Source of the DNA: an uncultured Verrucomicrobiae bacterium
GTDB taxonomy: Bacteria > Verrucomicrobiota > Verrucomicrobiia > Chthoniobacterales > UBA10450
Length of the DNA stretch: 64,000 nucleotides
Direction: 5' to 3'
NCBI GenBank assembly: GCA_963815455.1
Contig: CAWFGO010000003.1
Coordinates: 640,001 to 704,000 of the forward strand
Shown: piece after piece, positions 40,397 through 48,966 of the stretch
How positions within the stretch are numbered: the stretch's first letter is position 1
How the letters are laid out: the number at the start of each line of letters is the position of its first letter
Program-made: the position numbers and the translations under genes
Notes under the pieces: model-generated
What the model was told of the DNA's origin: nothing
Databases searched by the model: none
Seen by the model: only the letters and a program-made list of their open reading frames with translations

Positions 40397-41335
40397 TCAA
40401 CGCGGGCCATTTTTCAAAAACCAATCGTACGCGCAACTAATTCCATCACGAAGCGCAATTGTGGCGCGCCAGCCGAGTTTTGTCAGCTTGGTAACATCAA
40501 GAAGCTTCTGCGGTGTGCCGTCGGGCTTGGTCGTGTCCCAGGCGAGGTCGCCATCGAACCCGACGATTTCGCAAATTAGCTCGGCGAGCTCGCGGATCGA
40601 GATGTCTTCGCCGCAGCCGACGTTGATGATCTCGGGCGAATCGTATTTTTCGAGAAGGAAGAGGCAGGCCGAGGCGAGATCATCGACATGAAGAAATTCG
40701 CGACGCGGTTTTCCTGAGCCCCACACCACCAGCTCCCGCGCCTTATTTTTTTTCGCTTCGTGGGCCTTGCGCAGTAAGGCGGGCAACACGTGCGATGTCT
40801 CGAGATCGAAATTGTCGTTCGGGCCGTAAAGGTTTGTCGGCATCGCCGAGATGAAATTTGCGCCGTACTCACGAGCGTAAGCCTGACAGAGTTTGATTCC
40901 GGCGATCTTGGCGATGGCGTAGGCTTCGTTAGTCGGCTCGAGCGGGCCGGCGAGGAGTGCGCTCTCCGGGATCGGCTGGGGCGCGTGCTTGGGATAAATG
41001 CAGGAGCTGCCAAGAAACAGCAGTTTGCGCACGCCGTTTTCATGCGCGGCGCGAATGACGTTGTTTTGGATCGACAAGTTCTGAAGAAGAAATTCGACAG
41101 GATGATCGTTGTTCGCTTTGATCCCGCCGACTTTAGCCGCGGCGAGAATCACGACGACAGGTTTCTCTTCGCCGAGAAACTTCGCGACTACGGCTTCGTT
41201 CGTTAGATCGAGCTGGGACCGGTCGCGTTTGAGCAGGTTGGCAAAACCGTCCGCCTCGAGTCGCTGGACCAACGCGCTGCCGACCATTCCCTGATGGCCG
41301 GCTACGAAGATTTTATCGGATTTATTCATCGGCAT
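40397..41335 (-). CDS. fcl: GDP-L-fucose synthase
   Basis: AGHQGMVGSA, AAKVGGI, LGSSCIYPK, YAIAKIAG, PTNLYGPNDNF, REFLHVDD. Confidence 0.95.
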   Translation of the reverse strand: MPMNKSDKIFVAGHQGMVGSALVQRLEADGFANLLKRDRSQLDLTNEAVVAKFLGEEKPVVVILAAAKVGGIKANNDHPVEFLLQNLSIQNNVIRAAHENGVRKLLFLGSSCIYPKHAPQPIPESALLAGPLEPTNEAYAIAKIAGIKLCQAYAREYGANFISAMPTNLYGPNDNFDLETSHVLPALLRKAHEAKKNKARELVVWGSGKPRREFLHVDDLASACLFLLEKYDSPEIINVGCGEDISIRELAELICEIVGFDGDLAWDTTKPDGTPQKLLDVTKLTKLGWRATIALRDGISCAYDWFLKNGPR

Positions 41336-41776
41336 TTAATCCGGGAAGAGCCGTAGCCCGAGAAGCGCTCCCGCGCCACGCATTCGTAAATCGGTGCTGA
41401 CGAGTTCCGGCGTTCTGGCAACCAGAGCCGAGGCGAGAAGCAGGCCATCAAGTGTGCGAATCGGCACAACAGGACTCGCTCGATAACAGGCCAGGACAAT
41501 TCGATCAAGTTCATACTCAACACGTCGCTCAAATGGAACGATGTCGAAGCTCGCGGCTTCGACATCTTTCCGAAATGTTGCATAGGTCGCTTCGGCCCGA
41601 TTTGCCGGAATGGCTCGCGCTAATTCCTTGGCCCAAAATACGCGGTGCATCTCCGCCAGGGTAAGCTGGGAAATGACAGGAGTCTCAATGGAAGTCCGCA
41701 TCGTTTCGCGAAAAATACCCGAATCGCGTTCCCGAACGTAAAGCTTGATGAGAGCCGACGTGTCCCAGAAGGCCAT
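41336..41776 (-). CDS. VapC/PIN toxin
   Basis: FWDTSALIKLY..E, RTLDGLLLASA, LVSTD. Confidence 0.88.
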   Translation of the reverse strand: MAFWDTSALIKLYVRERDSGIFRETMRTSIETPVISQLTLAEMHRVFWAKELARAIPANRAEATYATFRKDVEAASFDIVPFERRVEYELDRIVLACYRASPVVPIRTLDGLLLASALVARTPELVSTDLRMRGAGALLGLRLFPD

Positions 41777-41779
41777 CGG

Positions 41780-42034
41780 CTAAAATCGATCGGCGCGATC
41801 TTCGTCCTGGATTTCCTGCGCACTCTTTCCGTAGCGGCCAGTCCAATTTTCTTCCCGCACCCTATCGAGTCCTTTAAGCCATCTCTCTCTATCGGTTTTC
41901 CTTGTTCGCTTTGGCACCGGCACGAGCTTGGCTGTTTCCTTACCATGGACGGTGATCACCACTTCCTCGCCACGGCTGGCAAGCTTCACCATTTCCGAAA
42001 GCCTGGCCTTGGCCTCCCGTAAGGTCGCAGTCAT
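41780..42034 (-). CDS. Phd/YefM antitoxin
   Basis: TLREAKARLSEMVKLASRGEEVVITVHGKETAKLVP. Confidence 0.9.
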   Translation of the reverse strand: MTATLREAKARLSEMVKLASRGEEVVITVHGKETAKLVPVPKRTRKTDRERWLKGLDRVREENWTGRYGKSAQEIQDEDRADRF

Positions 42035-42050
42035 GTAGTCATTGTAGTCA
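42027..42050 (-). promoter_or_regulatory. Probable antitoxin operator (direct repeats over the start codon)
   Basis: Minus strand reads TGACTACA-A-TGACTACA-TGACTGC, overlapping the Phd ATG. Confidence 0.5.
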
Positions 42051-42187
42051 CAAATGGTTCGGGAGGCAAGCTGCCCGCCAGCCCCGCCGGCCAACCGCCT
42101 TCAACGAAGCCTGCGGCGTTCCAACACACCGCTGTGCTACGCCGATTAACATTTTCTTTTTTCCCGGTTTGCGCAATCGTTCGCTTG

Positions 42188-43069
42188 GTGAAGCAGTCCC
42201 GATCCCGTCTCCAGGTTCAAAAGACCTATAAGCTGTATATCGGCGGGAAGTTTGTCCGCGGTGAAAATGGGCGGGTGCTTCCGGCGCTGGATGCCAAGGG
42301 CGGGATGCTGGCCAACTTCTGCCGGGCGTCGAAAAAGGATTTTCGCGATGCGGTGGTGGCGGCGCGGAAAGCGTTTGGAGACTGGTCGAAGCAAAGCGCG
42401 TATCTGCGCGGCCAGATTCTGTATCGGGCGGCGGAAATGCTGGAGATGCGCCGGGGCGAGCTGCAAGGCGAGGTCGCCCGTTTCAACGGCACGGGAGGAT
42501 CGACATCGGCATCGGAAACGACGCTGGCCGTGGATCGGCTCGTCCATTACGCGGGTTGGACCGACAAGTTTGGCCAAATCTTTAGCGCGGTGAATCCGGT
42601 GGCCAGCTCGCATTTCAATTTCACCACGCCGGAGCCGACCGGAGTGGTTGTAGTACTCTGCCCGGACGAACCGCCATTGCTTCCGTTTGTTTCGCTGGTG
42701 GCGTCGGTGATCCTGAGCGGCAATTGCGCGGTCGTTTTGCCATCGACAACGAAACCGCTGGCGGCGCTTACTTTCGCCGAGATTATTGCCACAAGCGATC
42801 TCCCGGGGGGCGTGATCAACGTTCTGGCGGGCGATCGCGCCGAACTCGCGCCGCATTTTGCCAGTCACATGGACGTGAATGCGATTGTCGATGCCAGCGG
42901 CGACGCCAAAATCGGGCGGGAATTGCAGCAAGGCGGCGCCTTGAATATGAAACGGTACGTTCGTCGCGAATTGACGCCTGCTGATTGGCGCGGACGCGAC
43001 GCGGAAAATCCGTATTGGATTCTCGACACGATCGAAATGAAAACCGCGTGGCATCCGATCGGTGTCTAA
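42188..43069 (+). CDS. Short aldehyde dehydrogenase-like protein (NAD-binding half only)
   Basis: KTYKLYIGGKF, RGQILYR..EMLE, YAGW.DK, LPGGVINVL, EMKTAWHPIG; no ELGG or catalytic Cys region. Confidence 0.8.
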   Translation: MKQSRSRLQVQKTYKLYIGGKFVRGENGRVLPALDAKGGMLANFCRASKKDFRDAVVAARKAFGDWSKQSAYLRGQILYRAAEMLEMRRGELQGEVARFNGTGGSTSASETTLAVDRLVHYAGWTDKFGQIFSAVNPVASSHFNFTTPEPTGVVVVLCPDEPPLLPFVSLVASVILSGNCAVVLPSTTKPLAALTFAEIIATSDLPGGVINVLAGDRAELAPHFASHMDVNAIVDASGDAKIGRELQQGGALNMKRYVRRELTPADWRGRDAENPYWILDTIEMKTAWHPIGV

Positions 43070-43074
43070 CCGAC

Positions 43075-44244
43075 GTGCGCGCGCTCGTTCTCGTTCTCGA
43101 CAGCGTCGGAATCGGTCACGCGCCCGATGCGGCCAAATATGGTGACGAGGGCGCGAACACTCTCGGCCACATTTTCGCACGTGTGCCGGATTTGCGTTTG
43201 CCTAATCTGGTCGCCCTGGGGCTTCCGAAGATTCTCGACGCTAATTATTCCTGGGCCCGAAAACTTTCGACTCTTCCGCATTTCGCAAGTTTTGGGCGGA
43301 TGCAGGAAAGGTCCGCGGGCAAGGATACTACGACCGGTCACTGGGAAATAGCGGGAGTGATTGTCGATCATGCCTTCGCTGTTTTCGAAAGGTTTCCCTA
43401 CGAACTGGTGCGGGCGATTGAGCGCGAGGCGGGAGTAAAATTCATTGGCAACTACGCAAAGAGTGGCACGGCGATCCTGGAAGAGCTTGGACCTGAGCAC
43501 GTCTACACCGGCGATCCGATTCTTTATACCTCGGCCGATTCCGTTCTCCAAATCGCCGCGCACGAGAAAATCATGCCGCTGGAGAAGCTCTATGAGATTT
43601 GTCAGATCGCCCGGCGTCATGCCGATAATTTCCGGATCGGTCGGGTGATTGCGCGGCCATTCACCGGCAATGGGAAATTCACGCGCACGGCGAATCGCCA
43701 CGATTTCTCGATCAAACCGCCGCGCACTGTTCTGAATGCGATCAGCGACGCCGGGATTCCGGTTCTTGGCGTCGGCAAGATTAGCGACATTTTCGACGGC
43801 GAAGGAATCACGGAATCGCATCCGACGAAGTCGAATCGAGAGGGAATGGAGAAGATCGACAAGCTCTGGTCGAACCGGCAACGCGGACTTATTTTCGCAA
43901 ACCTGGTCGACTTCGACATGCTCTACGGTCACCGGCGCGATGCCGCCGGTTACGCGAAGGCGCTCATGGAATTCGATGAGTGGCTGGGCGGCTTCATCGA
44001 CAAGGTCGCGCCGGAGGACCTCATGATAATCACGGCTGACCATGGCAACGACCCGACATTTCGCGGCACCAATCACACTCGCGAGCAAGTCCCGCTATTC
44101 GTCCTGCACAACCGCGAAATGCGCGATCTCGGGACAAGATCGACATTCGCCGACGTAGCCGCGTCGCTGGCGGAGTTTTTCGATCTTCCCAAGGCGTGGA
44201 CGGCCGGCACGGCGTTCGAGACGCTAAAGCCGGCGGCCAGGTGA
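43075..44244 (+). CDS. deoB: Phosphopentomutase
   Basis: VLDSVGIG, GKDTTTGHWE, YTSADSV, GRVIARPF, NLVDFD..GHRRD, TADHGNDP. Confidence 0.95.
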   Translation: MRALVLVLDSVGIGHAPDAAKYGDEGANTLGHIFARVPDLRLPNLVALGLPKILDANYSWARKLSTLPHFASFGRMQERSAGKDTTTGHWEIAGVIVDHAFAVFERFPYELVRAIEREAGVKFIGNYAKSGTAILEELGPEHVYTGDPILYTSADSVLQIAAHEKIMPLEKLYEICQIARRHADNFRIGRVIARPFTGNGKFTRTANRHDFSIKPPRTVLNAISDAGIPVLGVGKISDIFDGEGITESHPTKSNREGMEKIDKLWSNRQRGLIFANLVDFDMLYGHRRDAAGYAKALMEFDEWLGGFIDKVAPEDLMIITADHGNDPTFRGTNHTREQVPLFVLHNREMRDLGTRSTFADVAASLAEFFDLPKAWTAGTAFETLKPAAR

Positions 44245-44280
44245 CCGAATTCTGGCACGCATGGCGCTCCATTTATCTCG

Positions 44281-45516
44281 ATGCACGTTCCCAGTTTGAT
44301 CGAAAAGAAACGCGACGGCGGCGAGCTTTCCGCGGAGGAAATCGAATTTCTGATCGGCGAATTCACCGACGACAAGATTCCCGATTACCAGATGAGCGCA
44401 TGGGCGATGGCGGTCTTCTTTCGCGGAATGACTGCGGCAGAAACGAGCCATTTGACCGATGCGATGATGAACAGCGGGCGCGTGCTGAAGTATCCGGAGA
44501 AGTCGCCACCGAAGATCGATAAGCACTCCACCGGTGGCGTGGGCGACAAGGTTTCGCTGGTACTCGCGCCGTTGCTGGCCTGCGATGAAGTCTGGGTGCC
44601 GATGATTTCCGGGCGCGGCCTCGGGATCACCGGCGGCACGCTCGACAAACTGGAAAGCATCCCGGGATTCAACGTGAACCTGGACGAGAAACGCGCGCTC
44701 AAACAACTCGATCAGATCGGCGTGTTCATGATTGGGCAAACGGACGACATTTGTCTGGCCGACAAAAAACTTTACGCGTTACGGGATGTGACTGGCACGG
44801 TTCCGTCGCAACCGCTCATCGTGGCCAGCATCATGAGCAAGAAGCTCGCGGAAAATCTCGATCGCCTGGTGCTCGATGTGAAATTCGGCAGCGGCGCGTT
44901 CATGAAAACAAAAAAGGAGGCAGAGCAACTAGCCGCAGCGATGACCAGCGTAGGCGAATCAATGAAGGTCAAGATGTCGTGCCTTCTCAGCCCGATGGAC
45001 GAACCGCTCGGACGCGCGGTGGGCAACGCGCTCGAAGTCGCCGAGTGCATTGAGATTTTGCAAGGCGGCGGTCCCAGCGATCTGGTGAAGCTGATTCTCG
45101 ATCTTGCCGAAAAAGTTTCGCACGCTCCGCGGAGCCAGCTGCAGAAGTGGCTCAAGGACGGAACCGCTTGGAAAAAATTCATCGCACTGGTTTATGCGCA
45201 GGACGGCGACGCGACAGCGTTGGAGAAGATTCTCGATGTGCACCGTGCGCCGGTCATTCGCCCGGTGCCGGCAAACAAGAGCGGAGCGGTAAAGAAGATG
45301 GATGCCGAGCTGATCGGGCGCGCATCGGTGTTGCTCGGCGGAGGCCGTCAAAAAGCCGGTGACAAAATCGATTTTGCTGTCGGCATTTCAGGGATCAAGA
45401 AAATCGGCGAGAAAGTCGAGGCCGATGAGCCTCTTTTGATCGTTCACGCGCGGACCGATCAATCCCTTACATCGGTGATGCCAATTCTTGAAAAGGCGGC
45501 AACGGTCGGAGGTTAG
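44281..45516 (+). CDS. deoA: Thymidine/pyrimidine-nucleoside phosphorylase
   Basis: DKHSTGGVGDK, SGRGLGITGGTLDKLESIPG, SIMSKK, LDVKFGSGAFMK. Confidence 0.92.
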   Translation: MHVPSLIEKKRDGGELSAEEIEFLIGEFTDDKIPDYQMSAWAMAVFFRGMTAAETSHLTDAMMNSGRVLKYPEKSPPKIDKHSTGGVGDKVSLVLAPLLACDEVWVPMISGRGLGITGGTLDKLESIPGFNVNLDEKRALKQLDQIGVFMIGQTDDICLADKKLYALRDVTGTVPSQPLIVASIMSKKLAENLDRLVLDVKFGSGAFMKTKKEAEQLAAAMTSVGESMKVKMSCLLSPMDEPLGRAVGNALEVAECIEILQGGGPSDLVKLILDLAEKVSHAPRSQLQKWLKDGTAWKKFIALVYAQDGDATALEKILDVHRAPVIRPVPANKSGAVKKMDAELIGRASVLLGGGRQKAGDKIDFAVGISGIKKIGEKVEADEPLLIVHARTDQSLTSVMPILEKAATVGG

Positions 45517-46001
45517 CCAAAATCCGGCATAATCGGCTCCGAGTCCCGCTCAATCGGCTCCAATTCCAGTTCAATCGGTTCCGGGTCCGACGCAAACGGC
45601 TCCAAGTCCAGCGCGATCGGCTCCAGGGCATGAGCCAAGGGTTCGAAATCCGCCATTGGCACAGCGGCGTTGAGAGCCGCCTCCAATCGTTCCAGGCGGA
45701 CCGGTTTCGCTAGAATGGTCAAAGCGCCGGCGTGACATGCGTCATCGACGGGCGACCAACCGGAGACGAGAATCACGCGGGCTTTGGGATCGCGGGCGAG
45801 AATATTGCGGCAAGCTGTGGCCCCGTTCAATTTGGGCATCCAGTAGTCCATTAGGACAATGTCGGGCTGATGCTTGGTGTAGGCCTGGATGGCTTCCAAG
45901 CCGGAGCCGACCACCTCGACAACCTCGTGATTGCAGCAGCCGACCAACTCTGCAAGGGAGGTGCCGACACTCTTCTGATCGTCAGCGATCAATACGCGCA
46001 T
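45513..46001 (-). CDS. Single-domain response regulator with repetitive acidic tail
   Basis: VLIADD, PDIVLMD..MP..NG, LVSG, AKP. Confidence 0.85.
   Translation of the reverse strand: MRVLIADDQKSVGTSLAELVGCCNHEVVEVVGSGLEAIQAYTKHQPDIVLMDYWMPKLNGATACRNILARDPKARVILVSGWSPVDDACHAGALTILAKPVRLERLEAALNAAVPMADFEPLAHALEPIALDLEPFASDPEPIELELEPIERDSEPIMPDFG
45531..45656 (-). repeat. Six 21-bp tandem repeats (EPxxxxx heptads)
   Basis: aatcggctcc recurring every 21 bp; encodes EPLAHAL EPIALDL EPFASDP EPIELEL EPIERDS EPIMPDF. Confidence 0.8.
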
Positions 46002-46119
46002 GCCTCACATGCAGAAGCTTTCGTGCCAATTGCGGATTCCATGCCGGCGGAATGGAATCGTGACGAGTGACGAGTTTCACTGCTTTGACTGCGAGTCGTT
46101 TCCCGAGTTGAATTCGTGG

Positions 46120-46926
46120 ATGCGTTGTCTCGTCCTGCTGTGTGGCTTTCTCGCAACAGCAAATTGTAGGGCAACAGCCGCGGGCGACGCGCCTGCCCTG
46201 CAATCGAGCGGACCGGGGTCAGCGACCCCGGCTACAGCTGTGGCCCCAGTTGCAAAGGAAGCCAAGGCCCCGGTGGATCAACTTATCCCCTGGCTGCTGG
46301 ATGAGGATCGACAATTGCGCGGGGTCCCGTTCGGCGAAGTGATTTTCGATACGACGGGGAAACGGGTGCTGCCGGTCGATCGCAACAACGAGATCGATCG
46401 GCGTATCGTAAAAGCGATTAGCGCAGCGTGCGACGAAGCGCTGAAACGATTGAACGCGCCGGACAGCGCCATTCAAAAGGTGGGACGTATCAATGAAGTG
46501 AGCAGTTATTTTGAAGGAACGCTTCGCGAGTTACTCAACGCGACGCCGGGATTGGGCTGCGACTTTCCCCGAACGGCTGACGAAAAAGTGCAGCGCTCGG
46601 GTTATCCCGATTTGCGAATTGTCGATCTCGCCAGCAAACGCGTTTTCTACCTCGATCCGAAGCTTTACGCGGCGGGCAGCCGCAACAGCAGCTTCAGAAC
46701 ATTTTACTTCGAGCCCAAGGCGGCGACGAACAAGGTGCGCGATGACGCGGTGCACTTCGTAGTCGGATTCGAACACCAGGCGCGGGAGAAGAGCGAACAC
46801 TGGAAGTTTACGCGGTGGGACCTTGTCGATCTTGCCCAGTTCCAGGTGAAGTTGAAAGCCGAGTTCCAGGGAAGCAATCGGGATATGTATCGGCCGGAAG
46901 CAGTCGTTGCCACGAGCACAAAGTAG
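46120..46926 (+). CDS. Signal-peptide hypothetical protein with PD-(D/E)xK-like motif
   Basis: MRCLVLLCGFLATA N-terminus; NEVSSYFE, SGYPDLRI..FYLDPKLY. Confidence 0.7.
   Translation: MRCLVLLCGFLATANCRATAAGDAPALQSSGPGSATPATAVAPVAKEAKAPVDQLIPWLLDEDRQLRGVPFGEVIFDTTGKRVLPVDRNNEIDRRIVKAISAACDEALKRLNAPDSAIQKVGRINEVSSYFEGTLRELLNATPGLGCDFPRTADEKVQRSGYPDLRIVDLASKRVFYLDPKLYAAGSRNSSFRTFYFEPKAATNKVRDDAVHFVVGFEHQAREKSEHWKFTRWDLVDLAQFQVKLKAEFQGSNRDMYRPEAVVATSTK
46213..46238. repeat. GTAG-type REP inside the 46120 CDS
   Basis: ccgggg-tcagcga-ccccgg-ctacagc, same family as 26259-26336. Confidence 0.8.
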
Positions 46927-46934
46927 ACGTCGTC

Positions 46935-46958
46935 GGCTCGACAGAGTCTCGCCCTACC
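46935..46958. repeat. GTAG-type REP upstream of ribBA
   Basis: Reverse complement ggtagggcgagactctgtcgagcc; the same ggtagggcgaga start occurs at 57191. Confidence 0.55.
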
Positions 46959-46975
46959 GTTAAGGTGTCATCCCC

Positions 46976-48193
46976 ATGATTACCAAGCCCGTCGAGACGT
47001 TTGAGTTCGATACGATTGACGATGTGGTGAGCGAGATCGCCAAGGGCCGCATTGTGATCGTGACCGACGACGCCGATCGCGAGAACGAGGGCGATCTGGT
47101 CATGGCGGCGGAAAAAGTGACGCCGGAGGCGATCAATTTTATGGCGACGCATGGGCGCGGGTTGATTTGCGTGCCGATCTCGAACGAACGCGCGGAGCAA
47201 CTCGGGCTGCAGCGAATGGTGACGCAAAATCGCGAAACCCATCGCACGGATTTTACCGTTTCGGTCGATGCCGCGCGCGGAGTGACGACCGGCATTAGCG
47301 CCTACGATCGCGCGACTACGATTCTCGCGATCGCCAATCCGAAATCGGCCCCGGAAGATCTGAATCAGCCGGGACACGTTTTTCCATTGCGGGCCAAGGA
47401 TGGCGGAGTGTTGCGGCGGGCGGGCCATACCGAGGCAGCTGTCGATCTTGCCCGCATGGCCGGGTTGCAATCGGCCGGCGTGCTCTGCGAAATTCTGCAC
47501 GACGACGGGACCATGGCGCGGTTGCCGGAACTGATGGAATTCCGGAAGAAGCACGGGCTGCGGATTTGCACAATCCAAAACTTGATCGCGCATCGGCGCG
47601 TTCGCGAAAAGTTGGTTGAACTCGAGCAGGTCGTGAAAATGCCGACCGATTACGGCGATTTCGATTTGCATCTTTATCGTTCGGCGCTGGACGGGCAGCA
47701 CCATCTCGCGCTGGTCAAGGGGAAGATCGACAAGGACAAGCCGACGCTGGTCCGGGTGCACAGCCAATGTCTTACCGGCGACGTCTTTGGCTCGCGCCGG
47801 TGCGATTGCGGGAATCAGTTGCACGCGGCGCTCCGGCAAATCGAGCAGGAAGGCAGCGGCGTTCTGGTTTACATGCGTCAGGAAGGCCGCGGGATTGGAT
47901 TGGCGGCCAAAATTCATGCTTACAAACTGCAGGAGGAAGGGCTCGACACCGTCGAGGCGAATGCCAAGCTCGGTTTTGGAAGCGATCTGCGCGATTACGG
48001 TCTCGGCGCGCAAATTCTTTTCGATCTTGGCGTACGGCGGTTCCGTTTCCTAACTAACAATCCGAAAAAAGTGGTGGGTTTGGAAGGCTACGGCCTGGAG
48101 ATGATCGAGCAGGTGCCGATTCGCACGGAAGCGAATCCGCACAATGCCAAGTATCTCGAGACAAAAAAGGCCAAATTAGGTCACATGCTTTGA
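46976..48193 (+). CDS. ribBA: Bifunctional DHBP synthase / GTP cyclohydrolase II
   Basis: DRENEGD, PGHVFPL, RAGHTEA, RVHSQCLTGDVFGSRRCDCG, QEGRGIG, LTNNPKK. Confidence 0.96.
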   Translation: MITKPVETFEFDTIDDVVSEIAKGRIVIVTDDADRENEGDLVMAAEKVTPEAINFMATHGRGLICVPISNERAEQLGLQRMVTQNRETHRTDFTVSVDAARGVTTGISAYDRATTILAIANPKSAPEDLNQPGHVFPLRAKDGGVLRRAGHTEAAVDLARMAGLQSAGVLCEILHDDGTMARLPELMEFRKKHGLRICTIQNLIAHRRVREKLVELEQVVKMPTDYGDFDLHLYRSALDGQHHLALVKGKIDKDKPTLVRVHSQCLTGDVFGSRRCDCGNQLHAALRQIEQEGSGVLVYMRQEGRGIGLAAKIHAYKLQEEGLDTVEANAKLGFGSDLRDYGLGAQILFDLGVRRFRFLTNNPKKVVGLEGYGLEMIEQVPIRTEANPHNAKYLETKKAKLGHML

Positions 48194-48738
48194 AGGCCAC
48201 CATTTTCCTTTGTTTGTTCGCTCTGTTACTTGCGTTCGCCGGATGCAGGAAATCCGAAATCGCGGGCGAACCGAAGATGGACGCGTGCGCACTGCTCACG
48301 AGCGGGGAAATCGAAGCCGTTCAGGGATCACCAATCACAGAGACAAAGGGCAGCGAACATTCCGAAGCGGGCCTCCACGTTTCGCAATGTTATTTCGGGA
48401 TCGAGCAGAGCAAATCGGTGAGCCTGGCGGTAACGCAGGCCGATCCCGATAGCTCCGTTAAACGAACTCCGAGAGATTACTGGCAGGAAACGTTCGAACA
48501 TCGGGCCGTGCACAAAGAAAACGACGGCGACAGTGAAGAAGAACGCGAATCGGAAACCCCGATAAAGGTCGAAGGCATAGGCGATGACGCTTACTGGATT
48601 GGAAATCGCGTAGGCGGAGCGTTGTACGTGATAAAAAATAATGCCTTTATCCGGATCAGCGTTGGCGGCGCGGACGATCAGAAAACGAAGATCGACAAGT
48701 CGAAGACGCTGGCCAAAAAAGCGCTCGAACGACTTTAG
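48190..48738 (+). CDS. Hypothetical lipoprotein
   Basis: LLAFAGC lipobox; DACALLT..EI, VEGIGDDAYW. Confidence 0.75.
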   Translation: MKATIFLCLFALLLAFAGCRKSEIAGEPKMDACALLTSGEIEAVQGSPITETKGSEHSEAGLHVSQCYFGIEQSKSVSLAVTQADPDSSVKRTPRDYWQETFEHRAVHKENDGDSEEERESETPIKVEGIGDDAYWIGNRVGGALYVIKNNAFIRISVGGADDQKTKIDKSKTLAKKALERL

Positions 48739-48755
48739 GAGACGAAGCGCAGGGT

Positions 48756-48869
48756 TGTCACCCTGAGCGGAATCGGCTCCCACGCCGTAGCTTCATGCAA
48801 AGGCGGGAAGGATCCGGTGGAGTAATCGACAACCGAGGCACGGAAGTCCTCAGCTCCGCGCGGAACGGC
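48756..48869. repeat. Degenerate TGTCA-family element, copy F, with nested insertion
   Basis: tgtcaccctgagcggaatc-[ggctcccacgccgtagcttcatgcaaaggcgg]-gaaggatcc. Confidence 0.6.
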
Positions 48870-48966
48870 CGTGGTTAGGGCGCCGGCTTTCAATATCAAA
48901 AATAGGCGAGGGACACGTCCGCCCGATTACTGAAGCGCGATTAGAAGGCAACCCACAATCCGCCCT

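Noticed and set aside
45531..45656. CRISPR array
   Set aside because: The period is 21 bp, in frame within a CDS, with no spacers and no cas genes.
46927..46975. FMN riboswitch upstream of ribBA
   Set aside because: The spacer is about 50 bp, holds a REP-like hairpin and lacks RFN consensus.
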